Shown: positions 27,366 to 37,914, numbered from the stretch's first letter. The stretch: 64,000 nt of DNA from Opitutales bacterium (GCA_018700525.1 JABITN010000188.1:5261-69260); one strand, 5' to 3'. Translations and numbers: made by a program. The notes: generated by a model not told the origin, from the letters alone.

Positions 27366-28649
27366 ATGCCCTCGCCACGCCTTGCATTGCTCTTCGCCCT
27401 TCTCCCTATGCTCATGAACACAGCTGATGCCCGAAAGAAAGGTTTCATCTACGAGGAATCGGAGGTGCCCGCTTACACGCTACCGGATCCGTTAGCGGCC
27501 GACGATGGCTCAGCCGTGACGACCGCTTCTCAATGGAAAGAATCTCGCCGCGCCGAAATTCTCAACCATTTCGAACAGTCCGTTTACGGACGGCGACCCG
27601 GTAAACCTGAGGCTCTAGAATTTACAGTTACGTCCGAAGATGAAAATGCACTCGGCGGCCTTGCTCGACGCAAACAATTATCGGTCTTGTTCGAAGGAGG
27701 AGGTCGACCATTTGCAGTCCATGTACTGCTATACATCCCAAATAGCGCCAACGGACCTGCACCGGTATTTATTGGATACAATTTCAATGGAAATCATTCC
27801 ATACACGCCGACCCCGGAATTGATTTATCCAAATCCTGGATGCGCAAAAACGATAATGGGAATGCGAATCACCGAGCAACCGAATCCGCACGCGGTGCAG
27901 GCTCTAGCCGCTGGCCTGTAGAAACAATTCTTAAACGCGGGTACGCGGTAGCGACAGCCTACTACGGGGATGTCGAACCCGACCACGCAAATGGCTGGAA
28001 GGACGGAATTCGGTCCTACTACGAAACCGATGCTCAAGGGCACGCATTGAAACGCGAGAATTGGAGTGCGATTACCGCCTGGTCTTGGGCTCTAAGCCGC
28101 ATCGTCGATTACTTTGAAACCGATAGCGACATCGACGCCGAACGCGTAGCGTTGCTCGGTCACTCTCGTCTCGGGAAGACGTCCCTCTGGGCGGGAGCTA
28201 CTGACGAGCGCTTTGCCATTATCATTTCCAATAATTCCGGTTGCGGCGGAGCTGCCCTCAGTCGGCGCTCATTCGGAGAAACCGTTAAGCAAATCAACAC
28301 GAGTTTTCCTCACTGGTTTAACTCTAGCTTCAAAGCCTTTAATGGAAATGAAGGAGCCCTTCCAGTCGACCAGCATGAGCTAATTGCGTTATTAGCCCCT
28401 CGGCCTGTCTACGTGGCTAGCGCAGTCGAAGACGAATGGGCGGATCCTAACGGAGAGTTTCTCTCCGCCAAAGCCGCCAGCCCCGTTTATGAACTGTTTG
28501 GGAAGAAAGGCGTCGGCGTCGATATGCAACCCCCCATCGATTCGCCAGTCGGCGACTTTATAGGCTATCATGTCCGATCAGGAGGACACGCCGTGACCGA
28601 CTTCGACTGGGCACAGTACCTCGACTTCGCTGATCGGCATTTAAAGTAG
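27366..28649 (+). CDS. CE15-like glucuronoyl esterase / alpha-beta hydrolase, secreted
   Basis: A signal peptide is present. The GHSRLGKT nucleophile motif is characteristic of bacterial CE15 enzymes. The ORF is also open to a TTG at 27348. Confidence 0.8.
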   Translation: MPSPRLALLFALLPMLMNTADARKKGFIYEESEVPAYTLPDPLAADDGSAVTTASQWKESRRAEILNHFEQSVYGRRPGKPEALEFTVTSEDENALGGLARRKQLSVLFEGGGRPFAVHVLLYIPNSANGPAPVFIGYNFNGNHSIHADPGIDLSKSWMRKNDNGNANHRATESARGAGSSRWPVETILKRGYAVATAYYGDVEPDHANGWKDGIRSYYETDAQGHALKRENWSAITAWSWALSRIVDYFETDSDIDAERVALLGHSRLGKTSLWAGATDERFAIIISNNSGCGGAALSRRSFGETVKQINTSFPHWFNSSFKAFNGNEGALPVDQHELIALLAPRPVYVASAVEDEWADPNGEFLSAKAASPVYELFGKKGVGVDMQPPIDSPVGDFIGYHVRSGGHAVTDFDWAQYLDFADRHLK

Positions 28650-28743
28650 AGTTTCGACCCACAATTATTGGTTTGTTGAAATGCCTAATCATGCATTCGC
28701 TTAAATTCGAGCGATTCGTGACATATCGCCTCGCCGTTTAGTT

Positions 28744-28771
28744 AAAAAAAAGAGTCGCCCCTTCGAGCGAC
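28744..28771 (-). terminator. rho-independent terminator of the minus-strand sulfatase gene
   Basis: On the minus strand, a GTCGC/GCGAC stem is followed by TC and T8 (plus-strand A8 at 28744-28751). It lies 20 nt downstream of the stop at 28792. Confidence 0.6.
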
Positions 28772-28791
28772 CCTTAATATTGGCTAAACGC

Positions 28792-30390
28792 TTACTTGGA
28801 AGCCATTGGGCGAACTTTGTCCTGCCACTCTTGGGACTTCTCCCTCATGTCGCTATCGTCTTCGTATTGCTTACGAAGCTTTTCGAGTTCCCGCTTCATT
28901 CTCTTAATCTGATTCGCGTACTCAGAATTATAATACAAGTTGGTCAACTCACCTGGATCTTCCTTTAGGTCATAGAATTCCCATTCGTCGAATTCATAGA
29001 AGTGCATGATCTTGTAGCGAAAATTGCGAACGCCGTTGTGACGCGGTACCATATGTACGCTTGGGTACTCGTAGTAGTGATAGTAGATCGACTTACGCCA
29101 GTCGTCCGGTTTTTCGCCTTTTAACAAGGGTACAACTGATAGCCCTTGCATGTCGTCAGGAATCGCAGCTCCAGCAATCTCGAGAAACGTCTCCGCATAA
29201 TCGAGATTTTGCACCAACTTCCAGCTCTTCGATCCTGGTTTTGTAACTCCTGGCCATTTGACTATGAATGGCATTTTAAGGGACTCTTCGTACATCCAGC
29301 GCTTGTCGTACCAGCCATGGTCACCGATGTAGAATCCTTGATCGGAGGAGTAGATTACGATCGTGTTGTCGCTCAGCCCAAGCTCTTCGAGTGTGTTGAC
29401 GAGCGTCTCAACGCTTTCGTCGACGCCCTTGACGCTGCGAAGATAATTTTTCGCGTAGCGTTGATACTTCCAGCGGACGAGATCCTTACCAGTCAATTTC
29501 GCTTCGTGGAAGGCTTTGTCCTTAGGACCATAGGCCGCTCGCCACGTTTTCAATTGCTCGGGAGTCATGCGTTGCATATTTCGCCACGCCGACTTGTCCG
29601 TGGAGACTGGAAGTTCCTCAAGTTCTGGGGTCAGATCGAGAAAAAGATCGTAATTGATATGCATGTGACGATCGATCTCGAGTTCCTGGTGACGGGCTGG
29701 CGGAGCATTGTCCGCGTAGTCGTCAAACAATGTAGCTGGCTCTGGAATTTCGACGTCATCGTAGAGGTGCAAATGACGCAACGCAGGCATCCAATTACGA
29801 TGCGGAGCCTTGTGCTGAACCATTAGCATGAAGGGCTTGCCCTCATCCCGATCCTCCTTGAGAAAATCGACTGCCATGTCGGTAACGATATCCGTGCAGT
29901 ATCCTTCGATCGTCAATTTGCCTTTCGGCGTTATCATATCTGGATTATAGTAAAGTCCCTGTCCCGGCAAGACGGCCCAGTCGTCATACCCCTGCGGTTG
30001 TCCCTTCAAGTGCGACTTACCGTAGATAGCAGTCTGATAACCAGCCTTTTGAAGTAATTTCGGAAAGGTCTGCTGGTCCCAGTCGAAACTGTTTCCGTTG
30101 TTCATGAAACCATTTTTATGACTGTGTTTTCCGGTTTGGATAACGGCGCGACTTGGACCGCAAATCGAGTTCGTGCAAAAGCTGTTGACGAAGAGCATTC
30201 CTTCGCCAGCCAACTTATCGATATTCGGCGTAGGGTTCACCGGCTTCAACCAGCCATTGTACGCGCCAATAGCGTGAGGAGCATGGTCGTCGCTGAATAT
30301 GAACAGAATATTGGGTCGATCGGCAGCCGAAGCATTCGTCATAAGTGCGATTGATACAACAAGGGAGAAAACAGTAGTCAGGGGTCTCAT
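28792..30390 (-). CDS. Cys-type sulfatase (N-sulfoglucosamine/GlcNAc-6-sulfatase-like, with C-terminal extension), secreted
   Basis: The ATG at 30390 gives the signal peptide MRPLTTVFSLVVSIALMTNASA. It carries RPNILFIFSDDH and CGPSRAVIQTG. The ORF is open upstream to 30471. Confidence 0.9.
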   Translation of the reverse strand: MRPLTTVFSLVVSIALMTNASAADRPNILFIFSDDHAPHAIGAYNGWLKPVNPTPNIDKLAGEGMLFVNSFCTNSICGPSRAVIQTGKHSHKNGFMNNGNSFDWDQQTFPKLLQKAGYQTAIYGKSHLKGQPQGYDDWAVLPGQGLYYNPDMITPKGKLTIEGYCTDIVTDMAVDFLKEDRDEGKPFMLMVQHKAPHRNWMPALRHLHLYDDVEIPEPATLFDDYADNAPPARHQELEIDRHMHINYDLFLDLTPELEELPVSTDKSAWRNMQRMTPEQLKTWRAAYGPKDKAFHEAKLTGKDLVRWKYQRYAKNYLRSVKGVDESVETLVNTLEELGLSDNTIVIYSSDQGFYIGDHGWYDKRWMYEESLKMPFIVKWPGVTKPGSKSWKLVQNLDYAETFLEIAGAAIPDDMQGLSVVPLLKGEKPDDWRKSIYYHYYEYPSVHMVPRHNGVRNFRYKIMHFYEFDEWEFYDLKEDPGELTNLYYNSEYANQIKRMKRELEKLRKQYEDDSDMREKSQEWQDKVRPMASK

Positions 30391-30480
30391 CCCAATAAGG
30401 TTCCTTAAAGATTTTGCCGATTGCAACCACGTAAATCGCGAGACCCCCCCGGCCGGCTTGATCACGAGCAATTCCCTCGC

Positions 30481-31413
30481 TTAATCGATCGGAAGATCCA
30501 CCCAAATAAGCCTATGATCGCTACCCTTATAATAATCGCGGCTGTGCTGGATAACTCCTTGGAGATCCTCCAATTCGCGCCACCCAGGCGAACGAAGCAT
30601 AAAATCGATCCGCGAATACGAATCTTCTTTCTTATAGTAGTGAGTCCACCGGGCTCCGCTTTCATCGGAAAATTCAATCGGAATGGATAGAAGGCGCTTT
30701 CCCTTTTTCTGCAATGCTCTAACCGCTCCGGAAATCGGCGAGTCATTCAAGTCTCCCGCGATCAAATATCGGCGTTTCTCCAAATCGGGAAACCTTTCGA
30801 TGATTCGGTCTCTCATAGCTCTCCCTTCCAGCGTTCGACGTTCGGTCGAGAGTGGGTCGGACTTTACCGTCGTGTACTTGCTCTTTAAATGAGCATTAAA
30901 CAAACTCCACCCCCCCTGTTCATCTGCTATGTGCAGCTCCAGCATTCCTCGTTTTACGTAGTCAAGCTGGCCGCGATTCTTGATCGGCAAGTCCCGATGC
31001 ATCCGAGCCATAATTCGAAGCGCTCCGTTCCAGAGTGCTGCTACGTGACGTTCGGAATCATGAGCTTCCAGCCAAGCCGAGCCTGCGTAGACAAGTCCCT
31101 CATTCGCCAAGTCTCGACGTAATTCCTCCAAATGCTCCTTCGATCCAATCTCTTGGAGAGCGAGAATATCAGGCCGGACCTTCAAAATCGTCTCACGCAG
31201 GAATCGTTTTTCGGACTCCGGTTTCGGGTATTCAGGGCGCCATTTCCCTTCGACCAATCGATCCATCGTCAGATAATTGCGGACATTATATGAAGCAACG
31301 CGAATCGTCTCGGATTTAACAATAGAAAGGGGCAAAACGCAAAACGCGTATGCTACAACCGCAAGCCAACCCAAACAGCGAATGAGCGGCAAAGATCCTT
31401 TCGATTCGTTCAT
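30481..31413 (-). CDS. endonuclease/exonuclease/phosphatase (EEP) family protein, secreted or membrane-anchored
   Basis: A hydrophobic N-terminus is present. It carries IRVASYNVRN, ILALQEIG, LIAGDLND and SDHRLIWVDL. Confidence 0.85.
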   Translation of the reverse strand: MNESKGSLPLIRCLGWLAVVAYAFCVLPLSIVKSETIRVASYNVRNYLTMDRLVEGKWRPEYPKPESEKRFLRETILKVRPDILALQEIGSKEHLEELRRDLANEGLVYAGSAWLEAHDSERHVAALWNGALRIMARMHRDLPIKNRGQLDYVKRGMLELHIADEQGGWSLFNAHLKSKYTTVKSDPLSTERRTLEGRAMRDRIIERFPDLEKRRYLIAGDLNDSPISGAVRALQKKGKRLLSIPIEFSDESGARWTHYYKKEDSYSRIDFMLRSPGWRELEDLQGVIQHSRDYYKGSDHRLIWVDLPID

Positions 31414-31425
31414 GCAGTTTCTGTT

Positions 31426-31929
31426 CTAGCGCAAGGTCCGTTGATGAACGCCATTTTCGTTTTCGTCTAGCACGATCAAGCTTACGGGTTTCATCAACAC
31501 GAATTTTTCCAGATCTTCTTCGAGATTTCCTACTTCCTCTATAAACTCAGGCGAGTCCCAATACTCCATTCGGTAGGTCAAATATGCCTCATACCCTTCG
31601 GAGTTCTGCTTGAGCTGAACAATGCCTCCGTAATCAGAGGTGAAATAATCGATGTGGTCCAGGTAATCCCCAAATCGTTCAGCGACTTCGACGCTAATAC
31701 CATCGCCGCGATAAATTGAATGCAGCTCATCGCCATACGGCATCGGGTAGCCTTCGAAGCCATAAGCGTATGCATCCGAGAAGTCGCTAATGCGAGGATC
31801 AACCCGAGGATTCAATAGCCAGAAAACAGAAGCCACGGAGAAGAACAATAGCACCCAAAGGAGACCTTTGACCGTTGGCGAGAGCCTTTTCTTTTCGATT
31901 GCGCTATTCTCGATATTCGACTCGCTCAT
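31426..31929 (-). CDS. hypothetical membrane-anchored protein (167 aa)
   Basis: It has one N-terminal TM segment (LLWVLLFFSVASVFWLL). It is packed between the M48 protease gene (5-nt gap) and the EEP gene (12-nt gap). Confidence 0.6.
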   Translation of the reverse strand: MSESNIENSAIEKKRLSPTVKGLLWVLLFFSVASVFWLLNPRVDPRISDFSDAYAYGFEGYPMPYGDELHSIYRGDGISVEVAERFGDYLDHIDYFTSDYGGIVQLKQNSEGYEAYLTYRMEYWDSPEFIEEVGNLEEDLEKFVLMKPVSLIVLDENENGVHQRTLR

Positions 31930-31934
31930 CGGAT

Positions 31935-33200
31935 CTATTCCTCCCGCATCGCCTTCTCGCGCTCAAGCAATGTAGGGTGCGAATAATGAAAATTACTGTA
32001 GAGAGGGTGTGGGTTCAGGTTGGAGAGGTTCTTTTCGCTCAAACGACGTAATGCCCGACTCAGAGGCTCCCAGGCCTTGACAGCATCCCGAGCGAAAGCG
32101 TCCGCTTCGTATTCATGCTTACGTGACAAACTGTTAAAAATCGGGCTTATCCAAAACATCGCCAATCCGCCGAGCATACTGAAGAGTAGCATCGCAATAC
32201 CTAGATTGCCCCGCGCTCCATCCGCCAACGCCTCGAAACCAAAGGCTTCAAAGAAGGGAGAACTGTGAAGCAAGTAATTGATGATCCAAAACCCGACCAA
32301 CATCATTGCCGCGGAGATTGCTATCATTTTTGGGATATGACCCTTTTTATAGTGCCCGATTTCATGAGCTAATACGGCCTCGAGCTCTTCCTCGCTCAAT
32401 TGTTCGATGAGCGTATCGTAAAGTACGATACGACGAAATCTTCCAAAACCGGTAAAATAAGCATTGGAATGGCCCGAGCGCTTGCTCCCGTCGATAACAT
32501 TGATCGCCTTGGCCTTGAATCCCGACCGATCGGACAGAGCCATAAGGCGGACCTTGAGCGATCCGTTTTCAAGTGGCGACAGCTTGTTGAACAAGGGCAT
32601 AATCAACATTGGATACAAAACCATCATCAACAACTGAAACGCCATCATGATCGCAAAGGCATAAACCCACCACCAAATCCCGAGCCAACCAACCAGGCTA
32701 ATCAGTAGCCAAAGCAATGGAAAGCCGATAGCGAAACCGATCAAAGACCCTTTAATTTTATCTATAACCCAGAGTTTGATCGTGCTCCGATTGAACCCAA
32801 AGTGCTCTTCGATTTTGAACTGGCTCCAATACTCGAATGGAATCCCTGGGATCCCGATCAGGGTCGTGAGAAATACGAGGAATAGGGCCGATGCCCAATT
32901 GCTGTCTCCGAGCCAGCCTGACCACCAGCTAAAAAGAGCGGGCAGCAACCCGCTTAGAATCACAACTGCTAGAATGACCGCATCGAATAGCAATTCGATC
33001 GATCCGAAACGACTCTTAGCCAAGGTGTAGAGGTTCGATTTAGCATAGGTCTCGTCGTCCATGATTCCGTTAAGCCCCTCAGGAGCTTTGTCGGAAAATT
33101 GAATAACTTGGCCGCGGTTGAGCTTCTCCAATAAAAGCTCCGCACCGCTTTTCAAGGTTAAGGCGACGACGAAAATGAGTTCCAAAGTGGTCATTGGCAA
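31935..33200 (-). CDS. M48-family zinc metalloprotease (Ste24/HtpX-like)
   Basis: Polytopic protein carrying the HEIGHYKKGH zincin motif. The downstream E sits in EYEADAFA. The start is TTG at 33200 or ATG at 33194. Confidence 0.9.
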   Translation of the reverse strand: MPMTTLELIFVVALTLKSGAELLLEKLNRGQVIQFSDKAPEGLNGIMDDETYAKSNLYTLAKSRFGSIELLFDAVILAVVILSGLLPALFSWWSGWLGDSNWASALFLVFLTTLIGIPGIPFEYWSQFKIEEHFGFNRSTIKLWVIDKIKGSLIGFAIGFPLLWLLISLVGWLGIWWWVYAFAIMMAFQLLMMVLYPMLIMPLFNKLSPLENGSLKVRLMALSDRSGFKAKAINVIDGSKRSGHSNAYFTGFGRFRRIVLYDTLIEQLSEEELEAVLAHEIGHYKKGHIPKMIAISAAMMLVGFWIINYLLHSSPFFEAFGFEALADGARGNLGIAMLLFSMLGGLAMFWISPIFNSLSRKHEYEADAFARDAVKAWEPLSRALRRLSEKNLSNLNPHPLYSNFHYSHPTLLEREKAMREE

Positions 33201-33564
33201 AACACTGGCGCGAAGGTAACGAATCTGTCGAGCATTGGATTCGGCAGATCGAGCATCATGAGCTCGCCCGCTCTTTCCCTAGGACAATGCCGCACCCAAG
33301 ACTCACCCTTTTCTCGCCTTATTTATCGACTACTCGCTAATTCGAATGAGGATTTTGGCCAAAATCGAACTGGCTGCTCCCACTCCTTGCGGTCTTTCCA
33401 CTACGAAACCAAAGCATTGAGCGGCTCCTCGTGGCCCGTAACGAATTGCAGATTCTTTGCAAATCTAGAGAAACCCCTATCAAGCCTAGGACCTCGCACT
33501 CAATTTTCGCACTTATCGAAACCTTATCTTGTCAAAGCTCCCGCTGCTTCCCTATTAATTTTGA

Positions 33565-33816
33565 GTGAGCAAAACGGAAAACGACAACAACCTCTCATTC
33601 GAAGAGGGCTTAGATAAACTCGAAGCGATCGTAGAGGAAATGGAGAGCGGCGACCTGAAGCTCGACGCGTTGGTCGATCGCTACGAAGAAGGCTCGAAAT
33701 TACTCGTCCAATGCGACAAGAAGATAAGCGAAGCGGAAATGAAAATCGAAATTCTCCGCAATAAGGATGCTTCCGATCCGCAATTCAAAGATTTCGATCC
33801 GGATAGCGAAGATTGA
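33565..33816 (+). CDS. xseB: exodeoxyribonuclease VII small subunit
   Basis: 83 aa carrying LSFEEGLDKLEAIVEEMESGDLKLDALVDRYEEG, typical of XseB. The start is GTG. Confidence 0.9.
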   Translation: MSKTENDNNLSFEEGLDKLEAIVEEMESGDLKLDALVDRYEEGSKLLVQCDKKISEAEMKIEILRNKDASDPQFKDFDPDSED

Positions 33817-33887
33817 GCGAATCAAATTAGTCGACAAGCCACTACGATTCACTTCTTTTACCCGATTCCGAATTTCAAACCTTGAAT

Positions 33888-35834
33888 ATGAGCCAACAAA
33901 GTGCCGGAGGCGGTGACGAGTCCTATCCGATTCTCAGTAAGATTGAGAACCCGTCGGATCTGCGCTCCCTGAGCGAAGACGAACTTCAGGATCTCGCTGC
34001 TGAGATTCGTAAGTGCCTGATCGATGTCACTTCTAACAACGGCGGCCACCTAGGTCCCAATTTGGGAGTCGTCGAGCTTACAATGGCGATGCACCTGGTT
34101 TTCGATACTCCGAAAGACAAATTCGTATTCGACGTGTCGCACCAGGGCTACGTTCACAAGTTGCTTACAGGTCGGGCTGGTCCAGCATTTGACGATGTCC
34201 GCAAGACAGGCGGATTGAGCGGATTCCTTTCCCGTGACGAAAGCCCTCACGATGCTTTCGGGGCCGGCCACGCAGGCACCGCTCTTTCGGCTGCCCTTGG
34301 AATGGCAGCCGCACGCGATCAACTCGGAACGGACGAGCACGTTGTAGCCCTTTGCGGCGACGCCGCCTTTACCTGCGGCATCACAATGGAAGCGCTCAAT
34401 AACGTTACTAATGCCACGAAACGCCTCGTTATCATTCTCAACGACAATGAGTGGTCGATCGCCAAAAACGTTGGCGCCATTTCGAAGTACCTCAACGAGC
34501 TTATCACCAACCCGATCTACAATCGGCTTCATCACGATTTCGGCACCCTTCTCCAAAAAATCCCAGGGGGGCAACAATTTCTGAAAATCGGCAAGAGCGC
34601 CGAAAAAGGCTGGAAGAGCATCATGGTGCCCTCCTCGCTATTCGAAAAATACGGTGTTCGCTACTTAGGTCCTATCGACGGTCACGACTTGCCCCTACTC
34701 AAACATAATCTCGAATTTGCCAAAGAAGCCGACGAGCCAGTCATTCTTCATATCATCACCAAAAAAGGCAAAGGCTACAAACCCGCCCTGGATCAACCTG
34801 AAAGTTTCCACGGGACAAGCCCGTTCATCGTACAGTCTGGCCAATCGAAGTCTACCAGCCAGGTGAGCCCTCCACAGAACTACCAAGACGTCTTCGGCAG
34901 AGCCATGGTTCGTTTCGCCAAGGCCGATAAGACGATCGTCGGGATCACCGGAGCAATGCCTTCCGGAACGGGTTTGATCCACCTTTCCAACGAAGTCCCC
35001 GAACAATTCTACGACGTTGGGATAGCCGAAGAACACGCCGTGCTTTTCGCAGCGGGACTTGCTACTCAAGGAATCCGCCCAGTCGTGGGCATCTATTCCA
35101 CGTTTCTTCAGCGCGCATTCGACCAAATCATCCACGACGTTTGCCTGCAGAATCTACCGGTCGTTTTTTGCATGGACCGAGCTGGTCTTTCGCCTAACGA
35201 CGGAGCGACCCATCATGGTCTTTTCGACATCGCCTACGCACGCTGCGTCCCCAATGCGATCGCTATGCAACCCATGGATGAGGATGAACTCGTCGACATG
35301 ATGCATACAGCCTTAGAGCATAAAGCCCCGGCCTTCATCCGTTACCCGCGAGGATCTGGACTCGGGACCGCTATCAAAGACGAGCCAGAACGACTCGAAA
35401 TCGGCCAAGCGCGTCCCCTTTCTCAAGGTAACGACATTGTTCTCTGGGCCCTCGGACCGATGATACAAGATGCGCTCGATTTGAGCGACCGCCTCCGCGT
35501 CGAAGACGGATTGTCTGTCGGCGTCGTAAATGCACGTTTCATCAAACCGCTCGACAGCGAGTTGCTACTCTCGCAAGCCAAGTCCAACCGACTGGTCGTA
35601 ACCCTCGAGGACGGAGTTCTCTCTGGAGGTTTCGGTAGTGCGGTCTTGGAGACCATTTCGGACGCAGGGCTTTCAACTGCAGTTCATCGCATCGGCTGGC
35701 CAGATCGCTTCGTTGAACACGGAACAAACGTTAATATCCTTAGAGCCAGCGCTGGACTTGCTCCCGATCAGATGCTTGAAGGAATCCGAGGAAAATTCAA
35801 AGCCCTCTTAGCTGAGATAAAGGAAACGGTTTAA
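33888..35834 (+). CDS. dxs: 1-deoxy-D-xylulose-5-phosphate synthase
   Basis: It carries GGHLGPNLGVVELT and a TPP-binding GDAAFTCG motif, and the full-length architecture fits Dxs. The ATG is at 33888, with an in-frame TTG at 33882. Confidence 0.95.
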   Translation: MSQQSAGGGDESYPILSKIENPSDLRSLSEDELQDLAAEIRKCLIDVTSNNGGHLGPNLGVVELTMAMHLVFDTPKDKFVFDVSHQGYVHKLLTGRAGPAFDDVRKTGGLSGFLSRDESPHDAFGAGHAGTALSAALGMAAARDQLGTDEHVVALCGDAAFTCGITMEALNNVTNATKRLVIILNDNEWSIAKNVGAISKYLNELITNPIYNRLHHDFGTLLQKIPGGQQFLKIGKSAEKGWKSIMVPSSLFEKYGVRYLGPIDGHDLPLLKHNLEFAKEADEPVILHIITKKGKGYKPALDQPESFHGTSPFIVQSGQSKSTSQVSPPQNYQDVFGRAMVRFAKADKTIVGITGAMPSGTGLIHLSNEVPEQFYDVGIAEEHAVLFAAGLATQGIRPVVGIYSTFLQRAFDQIIHDVCLQNLPVVFCMDRAGLSPNDGATHHGLFDIAYARCVPNAIAMQPMDEDELVDMMHTALEHKAPAFIRYPRGSGLGTAIKDEPERLEIGQARPLSQGNDIVLWALGPMIQDALDLSDRLRVEDGLSVGVVNARFIKPLDSELLLSQAKSNRLVVTLEDGVLSGGFGSAVLETISDAGLSTAVHRIGWPDRFVEHGTNVNILRASAGLAPDQMLEGIRGKFKALLAEIKETV

Positions 35835-36009
35835 GAGTTCCTTTGCAGGATTGCCTTTGACTGGTCTAGAAGCGGTCCATCCGAATCGCTGGAGGCCAAA
35901 AGCCGCATTTTCGACGAAACATTGTCTTGATTTCACGGTCAATCGCTACTGACTTTACCCGTTAAATTCAACTACCTAACTCACAACTTCTTTCATCAGA
36001 TTATCGCGC

Positions 36010-36960
36010 ATGAGCAACTGGGCTGAACGCATCAAAACCGAAGTCGGCAAAGCTGTCATAGGACAGGACATTGTCATCGAGCGAATGCTCGTGGCTCTTC
36101 TGGCCAATGGACATGTGCTCCTTGAGGGCATGCCAGGACTCGCTAAAACCCTTTTAATTAGGAGTCTCGGAAAGGCAATCGGACTCCAATTCGAACGAAT
36201 CCAGTTCACGCCCGACCTGCTGCCGAGCGATGTCGTCGGCACTATGATCTTCCAACCCAAGGATGGTAAGTTTGTGCCGCATCATGGACCGGTGTTCACC
36301 AACATGCTCCTGGCAGACGAAATCAATCGTGCCCCAGCGAAAGTTCAGAGCGCCTTGCTCGAAGCGATGCAGGAAAAGCAGGTCACCATTGGTGGCGATT
36401 CTCAAACTCTTCCAAATCCGTTCTTCGTCATGGCCACTCAAAACCCGGTCGAGCAAGAAGGCACCTACCCGCTCCCTGAAGCGCAACGCGACCGCTTTCT
36501 CTTTAAACTCATCGTCGACTACCCAAGCGAAGGAGAAGAATTTGAAATGATGCGCCGCTGGGGACAGGTCACTCAGCAACCAAAGCTCCAACCCGTATCC
36601 ACTGGCGAGGAGCTCCTCGAAATCCGAGAAGAAGTCGATCAGATCCATGTATCCGATAAGATCCAAGGATACATCCTTAATCTCGTTCGAGCTACTCGCC
36701 AAATGGCTGCCGACGAATCCTCCGAGCAGTATTACCTGTCGTACGGAGCTTCGCCACGCGCGTCGCTAAGTCTTTATCAAGCTAGCCGGGCCCTCGCTTG
36801 GCTACGGGGACATGACCACGTAACCCCATCAATCGTGCAAGAGGTTTTCCTCGATTCGATGCGTCACCGCGTCGGATTGACTTATGAGGCCGAAGCCGAG
36901 GAGATTACTGCCGACGATGTATTGAAGATCATTCTCGATCGCACGCGCCTTCCCGTTTGA
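36010..36960 (+). CDS. moxR: MoxR-family AAA+ ATPase
   Basis: It carries GHVLLEGMPGLAKT (Walker A), LLADEINRA (Walker B) and ATQNPVEQEGTYPLPEAQRDRF. Confidence 0.95.
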   Translation: MSNWAERIKTEVGKAVIGQDIVIERMLVALLANGHVLLEGMPGLAKTLLIRSLGKAIGLQFERIQFTPDLLPSDVVGTMIFQPKDGKFVPHHGPVFTNMLLADEINRAPAKVQSALLEAMQEKQVTIGGDSQTLPNPFFVMATQNPVEQEGTYPLPEAQRDRFLFKLIVDYPSEGEEFEMMRRWGQVTQQPKLQPVSTGEELLEIREEVDQIHVSDKIQGYILNLVRATRQMAADESSEQYYLSYGASPRASLSLYQASRALAWLRGHDHVTPSIVQEVFLDSMRHRVGLTYEAEAEEITADDVLKIILDRTRLPV

Positions 36961-36990
36961 AGTGACGCGTAAACGTTAATCGATTTCCAC

Positions 36991-37914
36991 ATGAGAGCAT
37001 CGAATAGCCGAATTTCGGATACATTCGAAAACCTTTCGTCCTCGATAGCGATGCTTCGCAAACTCGAATGGCGTGTGCGTCATGCGGTCGAAAGCGTCCT
37101 TAACGGCGAATATAAATCGTCCTTTCGAGGCAAGGGCATGGAGTTCGACCAGGTCGTAAAATACGAGTACGGGGACGACGTGCGCGACATCGACTGGAAC
37201 GTTACCGCGCGTCTTGGCGAACCGTACCGCAAAAAGTTCGTCGAAGAACGTGAAGTAACCTTGCTGCTTCTTTTCGAAGACAGTCCATCGCTTCAATTCG
37301 GCTCTGGTGCCCGATCAAAACGAGAAGCTCTTCTCGAGTTGGCTAGCTTACTCATGCTACTCAGCGCCGTAAATGGCGATCGCGTATCCCTTATGTACGC
37401 ATCGCCCGAAGGCTACGAATTCACTAAAAGTTCTTCTGGCCGCGGTCGGGTCCTGCATTCCGCAGCCAGCTTGCTTGGCCGTCCTGCCCCCGACCTCCTC
37501 GGCCCGCAAGAAACAAACGTGCCCTGGAAGTATCTCGTTCGAGCTGCGCCTCGTCATAGCATCTTCGTCTGGCTTAGCGATTTCCCTAATCGCGAACAAC
37601 CGAGTTCTTGGAACGTATTCAAAAAACGCTACCAACCCGTCGGCTTTCGGATAGAAGATCCCTGGGAGCGTGAACTTCCGAAACGCGGCGAACAAACCGT
37701 TTACGATCCGGTATCTGGAAAACTCTTCAACCTTTCCAGTAACTCTCAGGCCCAACAAGCCGCTCACGAGAAGTGGAACAGCGACCGTGACGCGCGCTTT
37801 AACAATCTCTTTCCTGTCGATTCGGACCGACTGACTCTCCAGGCCGGAGAGGATGCGCTTGGGTCCGTCGTGAACCTTTTCCAAAAACGAGCTCGCCGTT
37901 TCGGAAGAGCCTAA
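36991..37914 (+). CDS. DUF58 domain protein (MoxR partner)
   Basis: It carries FRGKGMEFDQVVKYEYGDDVRDIDWNVTARLGEPYRKKFVEERE, the DUF58 signature. Confidence 0.9.
   Translation: MRASNSRISDTFENLSSSIAMLRKLEWRVRHAVESVLNGEYKSSFRGKGMEFDQVVKYEYGDDVRDIDWNVTARLGEPYRKKFVEEREVTLLLLFEDSPSLQFGSGARSKREALLELASLLMLLSAVNGDRVSLMYASPEGYEFTKSSSGRGRVLHSAASLLGRPAPDLLGPQETNVPWKYLVRAAPRHSIFVWLSDFPNREQPSSWNVFKKRYQPVGFRIEDPWERELPKRGEQTVYDPVSGKLFNLSSNSQAQQAAHEKWNSDRDARFNNLFPVDSDRLTLQAGEDALGSVVNLFQKRARRFGRA

Noticed and set aside
29146-29826. 226-aa ORF on the plus strand
   Set aside because: It is antisense to the sulfatase gene (28792-30390), whose frame carries the sulfatase motifs throughout.
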